A DNA stretch of 64,000 nt from Protoeuglena noctilucae. Taxonomy: Eukaryota. This document shows, piece after piece, positions 1-10,903 of this stretch (the stretch's first letter is position 1; every line of letters starts with the position of its first letter). Location of the stretch: contig OY253674.1 of NCBI GenBank assembly GCA_958009085.1, forward strand, positions 372,001 to 436,000, in the 5' to 3' direction. The position numbers were made by a program, and so were the translations under genes. The notes under the pieces are model-generated. The model was not told where the DNA came from. It made no database searches and saw nothing but the letters and a program-made list of their open reading frames with translations.

Positions 1-867
1 GTCTCGATGCCCTCCCGGTTGTGCACGAGGGCGGTCACCGCGCCCTCGACTTGTGCGGAGTAGTACACGTCACCGTCCTTGAGAACCTGAATCTTGCCGT
101 CTGCGCACCCCAGCATGGGCCAGTACGGCTGGCCCTTCCCGGCCACGGGCGCCACGTCAAAGGCCGAGATGCGGGTCAGCGACAGTTTCGGCGGGTGGAC
201 GTCGTTGCCGTTGTTAACGAGCTGCACCGACTGCTTGCCGCACACGTGCACGAAGGTGTCGTGCACCCGCGCGGACACCACGTCCTCGTCCATCCTGCAG
301 GGAGCGAAGCGCGGGTGCAGCTGAGATTTCAAGGGTCGCATGGACCTCAAGGCAGCTGACGACACAGGCGACGTGGCTCACTTGGGAAACCGGATGCGGA
401 AGAACTCCTTGCCCTTCTTGGTAACCCCGCGGACCTGCCTGCCCTCCGCGACGAATATCTTCGTGTCCTGCTCCTCGCCAAGGCCCTGCAAAGGGCGGAG
501 CAAGGCATCGCGACCTTGGATGCGCGGATGCAGACGCGGCGGAGGGTTGCAGCCCCGCGACCTGAGCGGCCAGTCACCAGACTGATGTTTGTGACGGGCG
601 CGTTGGTAGGGAGGCTCTTAAAAGACGTGTCGAGTGCCATTTTCTTCACGCTGAAGCAGTGGACCGTGCCCGAGACGTCGCCCACCACCACCTGCGGGCA
701 GCCAGGTACGCGTATGGGCACAGAGCGCGGCGCAGCGTCGTCAGATCGGCGGCGGAGGCGCGGGTCGCCTTTTGCGTCTTGTTCTTCCCCGGTGGGAGGA
801 CGCGCATGCAACCCGGGCCCGCGACATTGGACGAAAGGATCTCCTGCTGATGCAGGTTGATCTCCAT
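1..867 (-). CDS. BBS7: Bardet-Biedl syndrome 7 (BBSome subunit), 5' part; continues beyond the window start
   Basis: Spliced exons read MEINLHQQEILSSNVAGPGCMRVLPPGKNKTQK|VVVGDVSGTVHCFSVKK...KIFVAEGRQVRGVTKKGKEFF...PMLGCADGKIQVLKDGDVYY. This matches the BBS7 N-terminus (TQKVVIGD; RGFTKRGKQF; PVLACQD). Intron 1 (692-768) has a GC donor. Confidence 0.9.
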
Positions 868-1809
868 CGTACGCCTCCTCCCACTTCGCCGTCGCGGGGG
901 CCTCCCTTAGCGCCGCAAGGGGCGGCCCCGGGGCCCGACCGGGCCGGTTGCAGAGCTCCGGCGCTGCCGGAAGCGAGGCGATAGAGGCGGGACAGCAGAG
1001 GCCTCCTTTCAAATAATCTCCTGTGGCAGCAAGCGGAAAGGTCAGATTCCAGCCCCCGCATCCGCAGGGGACCGCATGCGGGGGCAACAGAGGGCGGTCT
1101 CTCGCCCGCATAGCTCCGATTCGCCGGCGAGCATATGACAGACAGACTCTCGTAACAGCATCACGTGCACTGAGGGGCACATCGCGTCGGCAAGGGGCGG
1201 ACGCAGAGGGCGAGCTCGCGTTGGCTTGGGAGCGCAGCACTGACTCACCGCTCGTGCAGCAGGCGGAGAGCCTTTGCACCAGTGTCGTCAAGCAGACCAG
1301 CCAGATATCAGCTTTGACTTACCCACGCCCGCTGATGCACTCAGGCAACCATTCAGCACTAAGCTCAACGAGTCCGCTGCCAGGGGCCCCGTCAGCCCGT
1401 TCCTGATCGAATGATGGCGCAAGTGCATGACGAGGACGGGTTGTTACCAGCTCCTGGCGCTCGGGCAAGGGCACTGGCACATCCAGCGCTAGGTTCCTGC
1501 CACTCAGGCTGCACTTGATCTTACGCCTTCCTGCCCTTTGGGACCGAGGATTGAGTATCACTCAGCCAGCGTCGTTCCTGTCTCGGACATCGCGGGAGCC
1601 TACAGCTGTGGGCTTTGCAGGGTCAAGTGCAGAGAACCAGCCCACATTCCCACTTAATCGTGCCGAAGGGGCATCAACCTGATCGGTCCAAAGCCGTTGC
1701 ATCTGCCTACTGTGCCGAGCCGTCAGCTGCGCCGGGAGCGCGAGAGGGGGCGCCGCAGTCGGCTGGCTGCGGCCAGCCAGGGCCTGGGGAGAGCGGGGGA
1801 CGCGGCACC

Positions 1810-2630
1810 ATGTCCGCGGGGAGGAGACAAAAGCTCCTAGAGATTGCAAAGGCAAGTGGGGATCGTAGAGGGTTCTTGTGTGCCCGCCCGTGACCGCATG
1901 CGTCATGCTGCTTTGTGCTGGCCCCCGCAGCGGCTGCCGGAGCTCGTCAAGCCTCAGACGATCACGACGACGGAGGGGCGGACGGTCATCAAAGGGCCGG
2001 CTGTGAAAGCGCTGCAAGTGGTTGCGTGGAAGAGGGAGTTCCAGGAGCACGGGATGTGAGCGCTGCGGCTTGCGATTCCAGCTGCGCATTGAGCAGTCAC
2101 GATGTCTTTGGTCGTATTCATGCGATCTTCCGATGCCGCAGCGAATGGCCGATCCCGCCAAAGCCGGCCAAGCAGTACACGCACGGGTGGAAGGGCAGGG
2201 ATAAGGGCCACAAGCGGGACAGGATCGCCGCCGCGAACCAAGCCGCGTGGAAAGAGGCGTGCAAGGTGTGGGCAGAGCGTGGCCATTGATGCTCTCGAGC
2301 CGCCTATTGGCTTGGATGTGGTGCGGTGACTGCACGAGCACCGTCTTGATGGGCTGGGCGTGGCTCCTGCGCAGACGGCCGACGAGCAGATAGAGTCCCA
2401 TCGGCAGGAGATGCGCGAGCGCAGGCATTCGCTTTTGACATGGTACGACAAGCTTTTCCTGGTGAGGGATGAGCGGGCGCCTGCTGATACACGGCGCAGA
2501 TCCCGGCAGAGCACAGAGAACCATGCAATGTGCCCAACTTGTCCCCTGTTGACTCTCTCCGCAGTCCCCAGAGCAGCTCCGGCGCAAGTGGAAGGCCGCC
2601 AGAGCTGCGCAGGTCGTTTCGAAGCGCTGA
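1810..2630 (+). CDS. Probable mitochondrial ribosomal large-subunit protein, mL59/MRP-L25-like (5 exons)
   Basis: Spliced product: MSAGRRQKLLEIAK|RLPELVKPQ...WKREFQEHGIEWPIPPKP...KGHKRDRIAAANQAAWKEACK|TADEQIESHRQEMRERR...WYDKLFL|SPEQLRRKWKAARAAQVVSKR*. It is small and basic with a KGHK+DR motif recalled from mL59. Confidence 0.55.
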
Positions 2631-2932
2631 CGCTTTGCTAGTGCCGCTGCGTCTCTTCCTGTCATTCTTCTCGTCACTCCTGACTCTACCTTTGAAGCCT
2701 CAGAGTCGAGTGGCAAGGGAATTAGCGTGTTCGGTGTCTGCATGCACGATTTTCCCTGCGTTGTGCATGCAACGTCGCAAGCAGTTCCTGTGTCTCAAGT
2801 AGTTGCACGAGCATGCTGAGCTCGGCGCCTAGCGGCTGAGCGAGGGACGTGGCCGGCGCAGAGTGGCGCTGTGCGCAACCATAGCATGGACGACGGGCGA
2901 ACAGCCCTGGGGTAGCTGCGTACACGAGCAAG

Positions 2933-5076
2933 ATGCGGTGGACGCCAAGCAGAGGGTGAGCGACCGCCCTCCTCGTGCGGCGCGACGGCATGCTTCCCAT
3001 GTCAACGTGGACGACGGGGTCGTTCTCTTGCCTTGCATCACGCGTGCCTGCGGGACGGTGTCTGTCGTTAAGAGTTCAATAACAAAAGCAGTCGCGCTGC
3101 GCTCGGCCTTGTTTCGACGTCGCGGGACGCGTGCGGGCTCATGTGATGTGCAGGGAGGAGACGCTCACCAGAGCGGAAATCATGGCCATCTATAAGGACC
3201 ATGTGCGAGAAACAAAGCAGGTGAATGTGTAGCAAGCACTCGATGGCCCAAAACAACGCTGCGCCCGCGCGCGCACGGGTCGCATGGAGCGCCACCCTCG
3301 CTCGCGTGGCGCGCGCAGAAGGAGCGAGAGGAGAAGGAGAAGCTGATGGACGAGATGAAGATGACCATCTCGCAGTCGAAGATGGCAGCTGCAAGAGGTG
3401 AGGACGGCGCAGGCCGCAGGGGGGCGCAGCTACGTGAGGGTGGGCTGTCGCTCGCGTTCCCGACGCCACCGCATTCCTTCGTGCCCCGCAGAGGAGCAAC
3501 AGGTGCGGAGTAGACCGAAGCGTGGAAACGCAACTCGAGTTCGCGTCCAGCCGTCAAAGCTGCCCGCTCCACCTCAGGTGCATGCCGCAGTACGTCTCTC
3601 CGTACCTTGAACCCTCTGTCCGCGTTTGTCCCGCAGCCAATGGACCCGCTGGAGCGCATCCGCCGACAGGAAGAGACGTACAACGCCACCAAGCAGCTGC
3701 AGCCCCCCGTGCGCGCTGAAATCCCGCTCTTCCGCCGCGGTCCCCTCCCTAAGGAGTATCGAGCCAAGGCGAGTTTCGGCACACGCATGGCTATGCCGCA
3801 CGCTGCACCCCACACCTCTGCGCACGCGTCGCCCCCTTGCACCAGGCTGAAGGCCACGCCGCATGCGCCCATGCTCAGGGCCACGGCCCTCTGTGACTTC
3901 GCAGCAACTCCAAGAAGCCGGCTGGGCGTCGCGGAAGGATGAGCCGTACAAACCCCTGGGCGGCCGCATCATTCTGGACATGCCTCATCCCAGCCAGATC
4001 CTGAGGCATGCAACGGAGGACGATGCGCGGGACCAACTCATTCTCGGGGCGCAAGCCTTCAAGGCATCCAAGATACTCGACCGGCGCGCCAAGGCGAGGA
4101 ATTGCATGTACATGTCGGAGCACGTAACGGGTCCCGGTGTGTTTGAGGCGTGTGAGGGCGTGAGAACGCAACGTGACGTGCGGGTCGAGAACGTGACGTG
4201 GACGCGTGGCCGCACCCGCAGAGGAGGCACGAGGAGGACTCTGTGTTCGTCCCTCGGCAGGACCCCGTGCAGTTGAAGAAGGTGTTGGAGAAGATTGAGG
4301 AAAAGTGAGTGTACGCTAGGTGTGGGGTTGAAGGGGGAGGTCTGACAGCAGGGGGTGGGTTGGCGAGGCTTGGCGAGCGCATCCAAGCTGGTCGAGTGCT
4401 GCCATCGAGCCAATAGGCCGACTCGATGGGGCGAGGACTGCGTATGCGAGCTCGCTTCCCGGCCTTGTCCTCAGGAAGCGTCGCGAGCAGGCTGTGCTGA
4501 GGACGGACCAGGTGTCCCGGATGCTTTTCGGGAACCTGGACAAGGCCTCCGCGGCTCTGATGCGCGTGCAGCACGGCGTGGACTACCTGACGGCCATGGA
4601 AACCCCCAGGTGAGGATGTGCTAGTGTTACACAAACGACCGAGCGCTGGGCGACCTTGAAGCTTCTATTGCGACAACGCCACGCCTGCGCCTGTGCCCGC
4701 ACGATTCACCAATCCTGCTGACATATTTAGGGATGACCCGACTGTAGCGCCACTCTTGTGTTTGTACTGACACTGCCAACGACACATAATTGACGACACT
4801 GCCACCGCCCTGCAGGCTCGAGGGCGCGGATCTGTTGAGGGAACAGCGAGCCATGGAGGGCGTGGCTTGCATGCTCGAGTCTTTCGAATTGTTCCCAGGG
4901 GAGGCGCCCCCAGGGGACCCCCTCAGCTCAGCCAAGCGCGCGACAGGTGCGCCTGCCAGTCTGACGAGGCCGTCGAGGCGCCTTGCTTGTTGCTGGCTAC
5001 CCTGCTGACTGTTGTTTTGGCGCTTACGAGTGCTCTGTCAGGTTCCTTAATCAAGTATAGGGTGGCTATATACTAG
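2933..5076 (+). CDS. Hypothetical protein (about 10 exons, charged and helical)
   Basis: Exons splice consistently in phase (EETLTRAEIMAIYKDHVRETKQ|KEREEKEKLMDEMK...|PMDPLERIRRQEETY...|QLQEAGW...ILDRRAK|RRHEEDSVF...|...RLEGADLLREQRAM). The start is uncertain. The stop is at 5008 if unspliced, or 5076 via intron 4947-5041. Confidence 0.6.
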
Positions 5077-5091
5077 GGTCTCCAACGCTCG

Positions 5092-8000
5092 ATGCCCGCA
5101 GTGACGTTGGAGCGCCCGATTAGTCCCCCAGTCGCGCGTGCCAGGCCCGCAACGGCCCAGGCCCGCTCGAGCTTTAAGTCCGCAACACACAGGGGCGCGC
5201 GCCCCGCATCTCCTCAGGTGCGAGGGCCGCTTGGTTGCTCAACGACCGGCGACCGACACTTGACGGTGCTTGGCCTGCAGCACGCGTCCAGCCATACGAG
5301 AACCCGCGCTCTTGCAGCAGTGTTCTGGCATCGTGCGTGGTGTCTTGTTACCCCGAACTCTGCGTTGCTTCGCAGGGACGCGTCAGCCCTGACCACGGGG
5401 CCTCGAGCCCCACGCAACGCAAGAGCGAGAGGGACGCCCGCCACCAGGCGCACCTCCGCAGCCGCGTGCTGAACCTGCTCAGCACCCCGCCCAGGAACTA
5501 CCGCCGGCCCAACCGGCCCTTCAGCGCTGACCCTGAATCGGTGCACCGCGCCTCCTCTGCCAAGGTGTGCTGTGCTCTGGACCGGCACTGCCTTAAGCTT
5601 GCTTGCAACAATGGCAGTGCCTTAGCTTTTGGCTTTTTCCCAGCTCGTTAACCCCCCACATGCCCCCCGCAGCACATGAGCGTCTCACCCAGAACGGCAC
5701 ACGATCCGTCGGGCTCAGCAACCGTGCCGGCCGCCGCTCCCGGGGCCACCTCCCGTGGTTCCCGGGGGCTGGTGCCGGCCATGAGCATGCCAGAGAGGGC
5801 CATCCGCGTCGTATCGTCTCCCATGGCCGCCCGCGCCCCGCGGAGCGTTTCTGACATTGCCGACAAGGTCCAGGCGGAGGCGGGCCTCGCGCAAGCCGCG
5901 GCAGGGCGCATGAGCGGCATCGCGAGCCCTCCCGTGCCGGGCAGCCCGGCGAGCGCCCAAGCGGGCGCGGAGATGCGGCGCCCATCGACGGCAAGCGCGC
6001 TGAGCCAAGTCGACCCTGGGACGCGCACCAGCGAGGCGGGCCAAGCAAGCGGGCGGCCGGGGACGGCACGCCGCAGCGCCACGGGTCACCGGCAGGCCTT
6101 GGCGTCCGCCCTGAAGAAGTCGGGCCAATCTATGGGCGATGCACCCGGGCAGCAAGCCTCTGCAGTGTGGGCCACGGGGGAGGCCTCAGGGCCCGGGGGG
6201 GGCCTGGGCCCGACGCGCAGCTCGGAGCAGCGCGACGCGAGCGTGAGTTTCGCGGACGTAGGGACGGTCCGCCGGCCTGGCGTGAGGCGCGGGCAGGGCG
6301 GCGGGTCGGAGGATGCGGCTTCCCGCAACGGGGGCGCGGGACCCGGCCCTTCCTCTGCCGGGACAGCGGCGGCCGCGGGGGCTGCTGCCGCGATCATGAT
6401 GGCCAGCCGGCTGGGCCGTGTGACGGGGGCGCCCGCGAGCGCGGGCAACGGGGTTGTGAAAGGGCCATCGGCGTCCATGTCGCGCCAGACATCGATGCGG
6501 TCCCAGCGAGCGCCGGTCGACTTGCTCAGGCGAGATGAGGCTGTTGTTGGTTTGCAAGAGAAGCCTCTTGGTATGTATGGGTCGTATGTGCATGTGGGTG
6601 CATTTGGGGGGGCATCCGCCGGGACTGTCCTACGCAGCTGGTGTCAGTGCGGTCAGTCTAATGACCCCTGTGCGTTGCCCAGAGGTACCGAGGAGTATGT
6701 CATTAATCCACTACCACTTGCTGCGTCCCTCAGATCGAAGGACTCGGAGGCGACGTCAGTGGGCGGGCAGTCCGGGGCGCCGATGGGGCTGACAGGGGCC
6801 ATGATGGGGGCCAAGTGGTTGGGGAAGTTCGCCAAGAGGAAGAAGAGCCTGCGCGTGGGGAAGACGGCCAGCACGAGCGCGTGGTACATGAGCCGGCAGT
6901 ACCGGACGCTGACATCGCACCGCATCCGGGGCGGCATCAAACGCGACATTGCCGAGATGGAAGCCAAGTACAAGGCACAGGTGTGACTTGCATATGTGGT
7001 CTAGCCCATGGACATGTGCGGGACGTGCGCTCACCTGGTCGTCTGTCCTGTCTAGGCGAGGCGCGGCGTGTGCCCTCAGCCCTGCGTTGCGGCTGCCCGC
7101 AGACAAGCAAGGGACCCCGGAGCGGCCAGGCCCGGAAAGAGCGGGAGGAGATTGTCAAGACGCTGACGGCGGACGGCGGAGTGGACTTGGAGGAGATCCT
7201 GCAGCCCTCGTTCCTCCCCGGTGACGAGGAGCGTGCGAGCGCGGAGCTGGCCAAAAAGGCCGCCAAGATCGCCGCGGCAGTGGACAGCCGCATCAACCGG
7301 CGGGGCGGCGTGGAGATCAACGACGCCAAAGCGCAGAAGTGAGTGGGGTCTGGCTGTGTGGCCTATGCAGACCTCGCGCAGACCTGCCAGGTTCCGCAGC
7401 TTCGCTGGCGCAAGCGTCGGCCTTCGTTGGCAGGCGCAACAGCGTTCAAGGCTCGCGAGGCTCTCATCTGCTCTCTAATTGCAGGGAGCGACGGGAGTAC
7501 GAGAAGGAGAAGGAGATGTTGGACGCAAGGAGGTTTTTCTCCAACGTCCCGCCCCACATGCTGCCCCGGGAGAAGATCGACACCTGGCTGGCCATCAAGC
7601 AGCGCGCCCACGCCAAGCGCGCGGTGGTGCAGGCGATGAGCAAGGAAGACATGAAGAAGAAACTGCAGCAGAGGTCGGAGGTGAGCGGCGGTGCGAGGGG
7701 CGGCGTGCGCGGCTGCAGTACAGGCGCCCTCGTCGCGTCATTCACGACCCGCAGTGCCAGCCCAGCTCCATCCTCGGGCGTTGCCATACGCACTGGCAGT
7801 GCGTATGGCCTCCTGCAGGGCCGTAGCCATGCATGGCACTTTGCAACCTCTCGCTCGTCGCTGCACAGGAGATCAACGGCTGTGCGTCGTACGAGATTGG
7901 GCGGCGGGAGCGGGACCGTGCGGCCATCCACCACCGCCTGTCCCTGGGCGTCACGCTGCTGAACGACCTGAGCCTGTCGCGCCCGGACCTGCCCAAGACA

Positions 8001-10686
8001 AAAGACGTGGAGACATTGGAGAAGGAGATCGAGGCCGTGCGGCACTGGGCGGAGCTCGTGCGGCTGCAGGAGACGCGCATCCGGCTGTTTGAGACGGCCT
8101 GGCTCGCGCCCATCTTAGCCCAGGTCGAGTCGCAGCTCCGCAAGGGCGTCCTGACCGACGCCGAGCGCATCATCGCCGTGGACGTCGTGGAGAGGATCCT
8201 CGATGGCGACGTCTACGGGGAAGAGCACTTCACCAAGGCCCTGGGGCGCGTGTCTCCCGAAGACATCTACGACGGCCGCGTGCAGGATCTCTTAACGCAC
8301 GTCATGACCAACGTGCTCAAGTACCACTCGGAGGCCCAGGTGAGGCACGCTAGGGCAGGGACTCGATAGTATGTTGATACGGTGTGAAGGTTGCGAGCAA
8401 GGGTGGAGGTCGGGGCTTTGCGGTGGTAGCGCTTTTGTGGGCAATGCATGAGGGTATGGGAGGCCAAGGCTGGCGCACACAGGTCCGGTGTCGCGCGCCG
8501 ACGCGCGTCGGTGGTCTCTTCTTCTGCCCCGCAGGTGGAGGCTCTGTTCCACAGGGCGTTTGGCCCGAGCCTCGCCTCGGACGCCATGCGGGCGTACTCA
8601 GTGCGCCGGCACCAGACGTCGTTCGACAAGAACAAGCGCACGGCGGTGCACATGGGCGCGATGTGGAAGGGCAAGGCGGGGGCCCTGGGAGAGGGGCAAG
8701 ACGACGTGAAGGCCGCTGCCACGGGCGCCGTGGCGGCCATGCTGGCAACGACCAAACACGACCGAGCGGAAGCACTCAGGCTGCGGCAGATGTCGCTGGC
8801 GCGGATCCGGTGGGAGTTCGTGGCCCGCAAGTCCTTGGCCGCACTGGCGGACGCCAACCGGTCGTGTTTCGAGGGCCGGTGCCTTGAGTGCCGTGACTTT
8901 GGGTGGCAGCCCCCGGCGTCGATGCGTCCCCCACCGCGCCTGGTGACGTCCGCCCGCACCACCCGCACCTCCGCGGGGCAGCGGGTGGAGGAGGAGGACA
9001 CGGATGCGATTGAGGCGGCCATCGCCCGTGTCTCCAAGATGCGTGTCGACGATGGCGCCTCCGGTCAGCACCCCAAGGAATTCCTGGAGAACTTCCACCG
9101 CATGCTGGTGAGTGTCCTTGTGGGTGTGGGTGTGGGTGTGGGTGTGGACAAGGGTGTAAGTGTGACTGGGAGTGTGGGTGTAGGAGCTCTGGGATTTGCT
9201 GAGGTCCTTGCCGCCTTGCGCTGCTCGCAGGTCAAGCAGCGGAACTCCTTGCGGGGCGCCCCGACTGTCGACATGAGGCGGGGCGGGTCGGAGGACCCTG
9301 CTACTCCGAGGGCGACGCAACAGGAGCAGGAGCAGGAGCCGCTGACAGGCGAGAGAGCTGCGATGCGCAGTGGGCCCATGGAACGCCGCCAGTGCACGCT
9401 GCATGTGACAGCAGACATCGCCAACGTGCTTGCGGTGCTCGCGGGGCGACCTTCTCTACACGCTGGACCCTTTGTTTGCCGCAGAGCTGGAGCGGGAGCT
9501 TCTGAAGCGCGAGAAGAGGGCCATTAGCATGGAGTACCAGGCTCAGGAGGCCGGCATGGGCGGGGCCGTGTTGACCTACCTGTACCGCCACATGCAGCGA
9601 CTCAAGGACGCGGGCATCCCCAGCAGCGCCCTGGAGCTGGTCATCCAGCGCATGGAGACCGCGGCGCACAAGCGCGCCAAGCGCGGCATGCGGCCTTTGC
9701 GCGAGGTGGCCCTGGAGGTCGGGCCGCGGTACGGCTACGTGGAGGCGACCGCGCGGGAAGAGCAGGGCGCGGAGCAGGTGAAAGGCAAGCCGAGGACCCG
9801 GCCGGAGAAGGAGCGCAGGGCCGTGACGCTCGCGGAGCCGCTGCAGCACCGCCGGGACAAGACGCCGCTGTCGACCGGGCTGTGCGGGGTGCTCACCAAG
9901 CTCGGCATGGGCACGCCCACGGAGCCCCAGGGGCGGTGGCACGCCGACAGCCGCGCCGCCAGCGCTCGGTCCGCCGTCAGCTCCAGCAGGTGCGCATGGG
10001 TCGCAGTCAGGGTGACTCCCTGAGTAATAGCGTGCATGCAGCCCCGCCCACTGCATGTCAATTCAATGTTACCCAGCGTTGTTCGCTCTCGACTCGCAGG
10101 TACACCCCCGTGACCCGCGACCCGCGCCTGACGTCGTCGCACGTCCCCCAGACGCCGACGACCGTGGCGCAGTCGGCGCCCGGGAGCGCAGTGCCCGGCC
10201 CCCGCCCCAGGCCCTTCACGGTGGGGACGACCAAGCCGGGAGGCTCCCCTGCCAAGCCCAAGCTGGGTCTTCTCGACCCGGTGCCTTCGCTGGCGGACGC
10301 GGGGTCTCATCACGGCACGTTTGCCAAGAAGGAGGGGTCGTCAGCATCCGCCCACCGAGGCACAGACGCCGCAGTGCCGAGCGAAGACGCCGCCACGCCG
10401 CGGATGTCGCTCTTCAACGCGCCCCGCTCCAGCTTCGCGCAAGTATGGGCACCCGGGAGCCGCCGGGTGAGCGGAGCGCGCAGAGATACGCTCCTGCTAC
10501 GCTTATAGCGCTTTCTCATCCTGCTCGCTCCTGACTCGGCAGCGCCCTCGTCGCCCGCAGCCGTCGACGGCGGCGCCGACGTGGCCGCGGCGCAGGGAGG
10601 AGTCCACGGTGCCATCCTACCTCCTGTCGCCTCCACGGCACGGCACAGCAGAGGTGGCCGGCCAGCGCGCCTCCGAATTCCTCTAG
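5092..10686 (+). CDS. Large hypothetical protein: low-complexity N- and C-termini with RPx[S/T]A/P motifs, helical core
   Basis: Many GT-AG-bounded exons with GC3-biased codons (e.g. 7870-8340 EINGCASYEIG...KYHSEAQ; 9485-9989 ELERELLKREKRAISMEY...). It ends RASEFL* at 10686. No family recognised. Confidence 0.65.
9118..9146 (+). repeat. (TGGGTG)n intronic microsatellite, about 4.5 units
   Basis: ttgtgggtgtgggtgtgggtgtgggtgtgg lies inside an intron of the large hypothetical gene. Confidence 0.8.
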
Positions 10687-10903
10687 TTCTAAACGTGTTC
10701 CTTGGACCTGGAGCTGCTTGGTTGAGGTGCATGTACATTGCCGGACGCCTGCGCCCTGACTAGCTGCCAACCTGGGCTGCGGTATCCAGACCTGACACAT
10801 GCCAATCGTGCTTTGCAAGCTATGCATGCTGCCTCTCCATGTCCGCGTTCATGGAAGAGTTGAAAGCTAGCATAGACACCATCAAGCCAGGTCGATGACA
10901 ATT

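Noticed and set aside
100..140. Apparent frameshift in BBS7
   Set aside because: Re-reading gives a continuous frame, GKGQPYWPMLGCAD.
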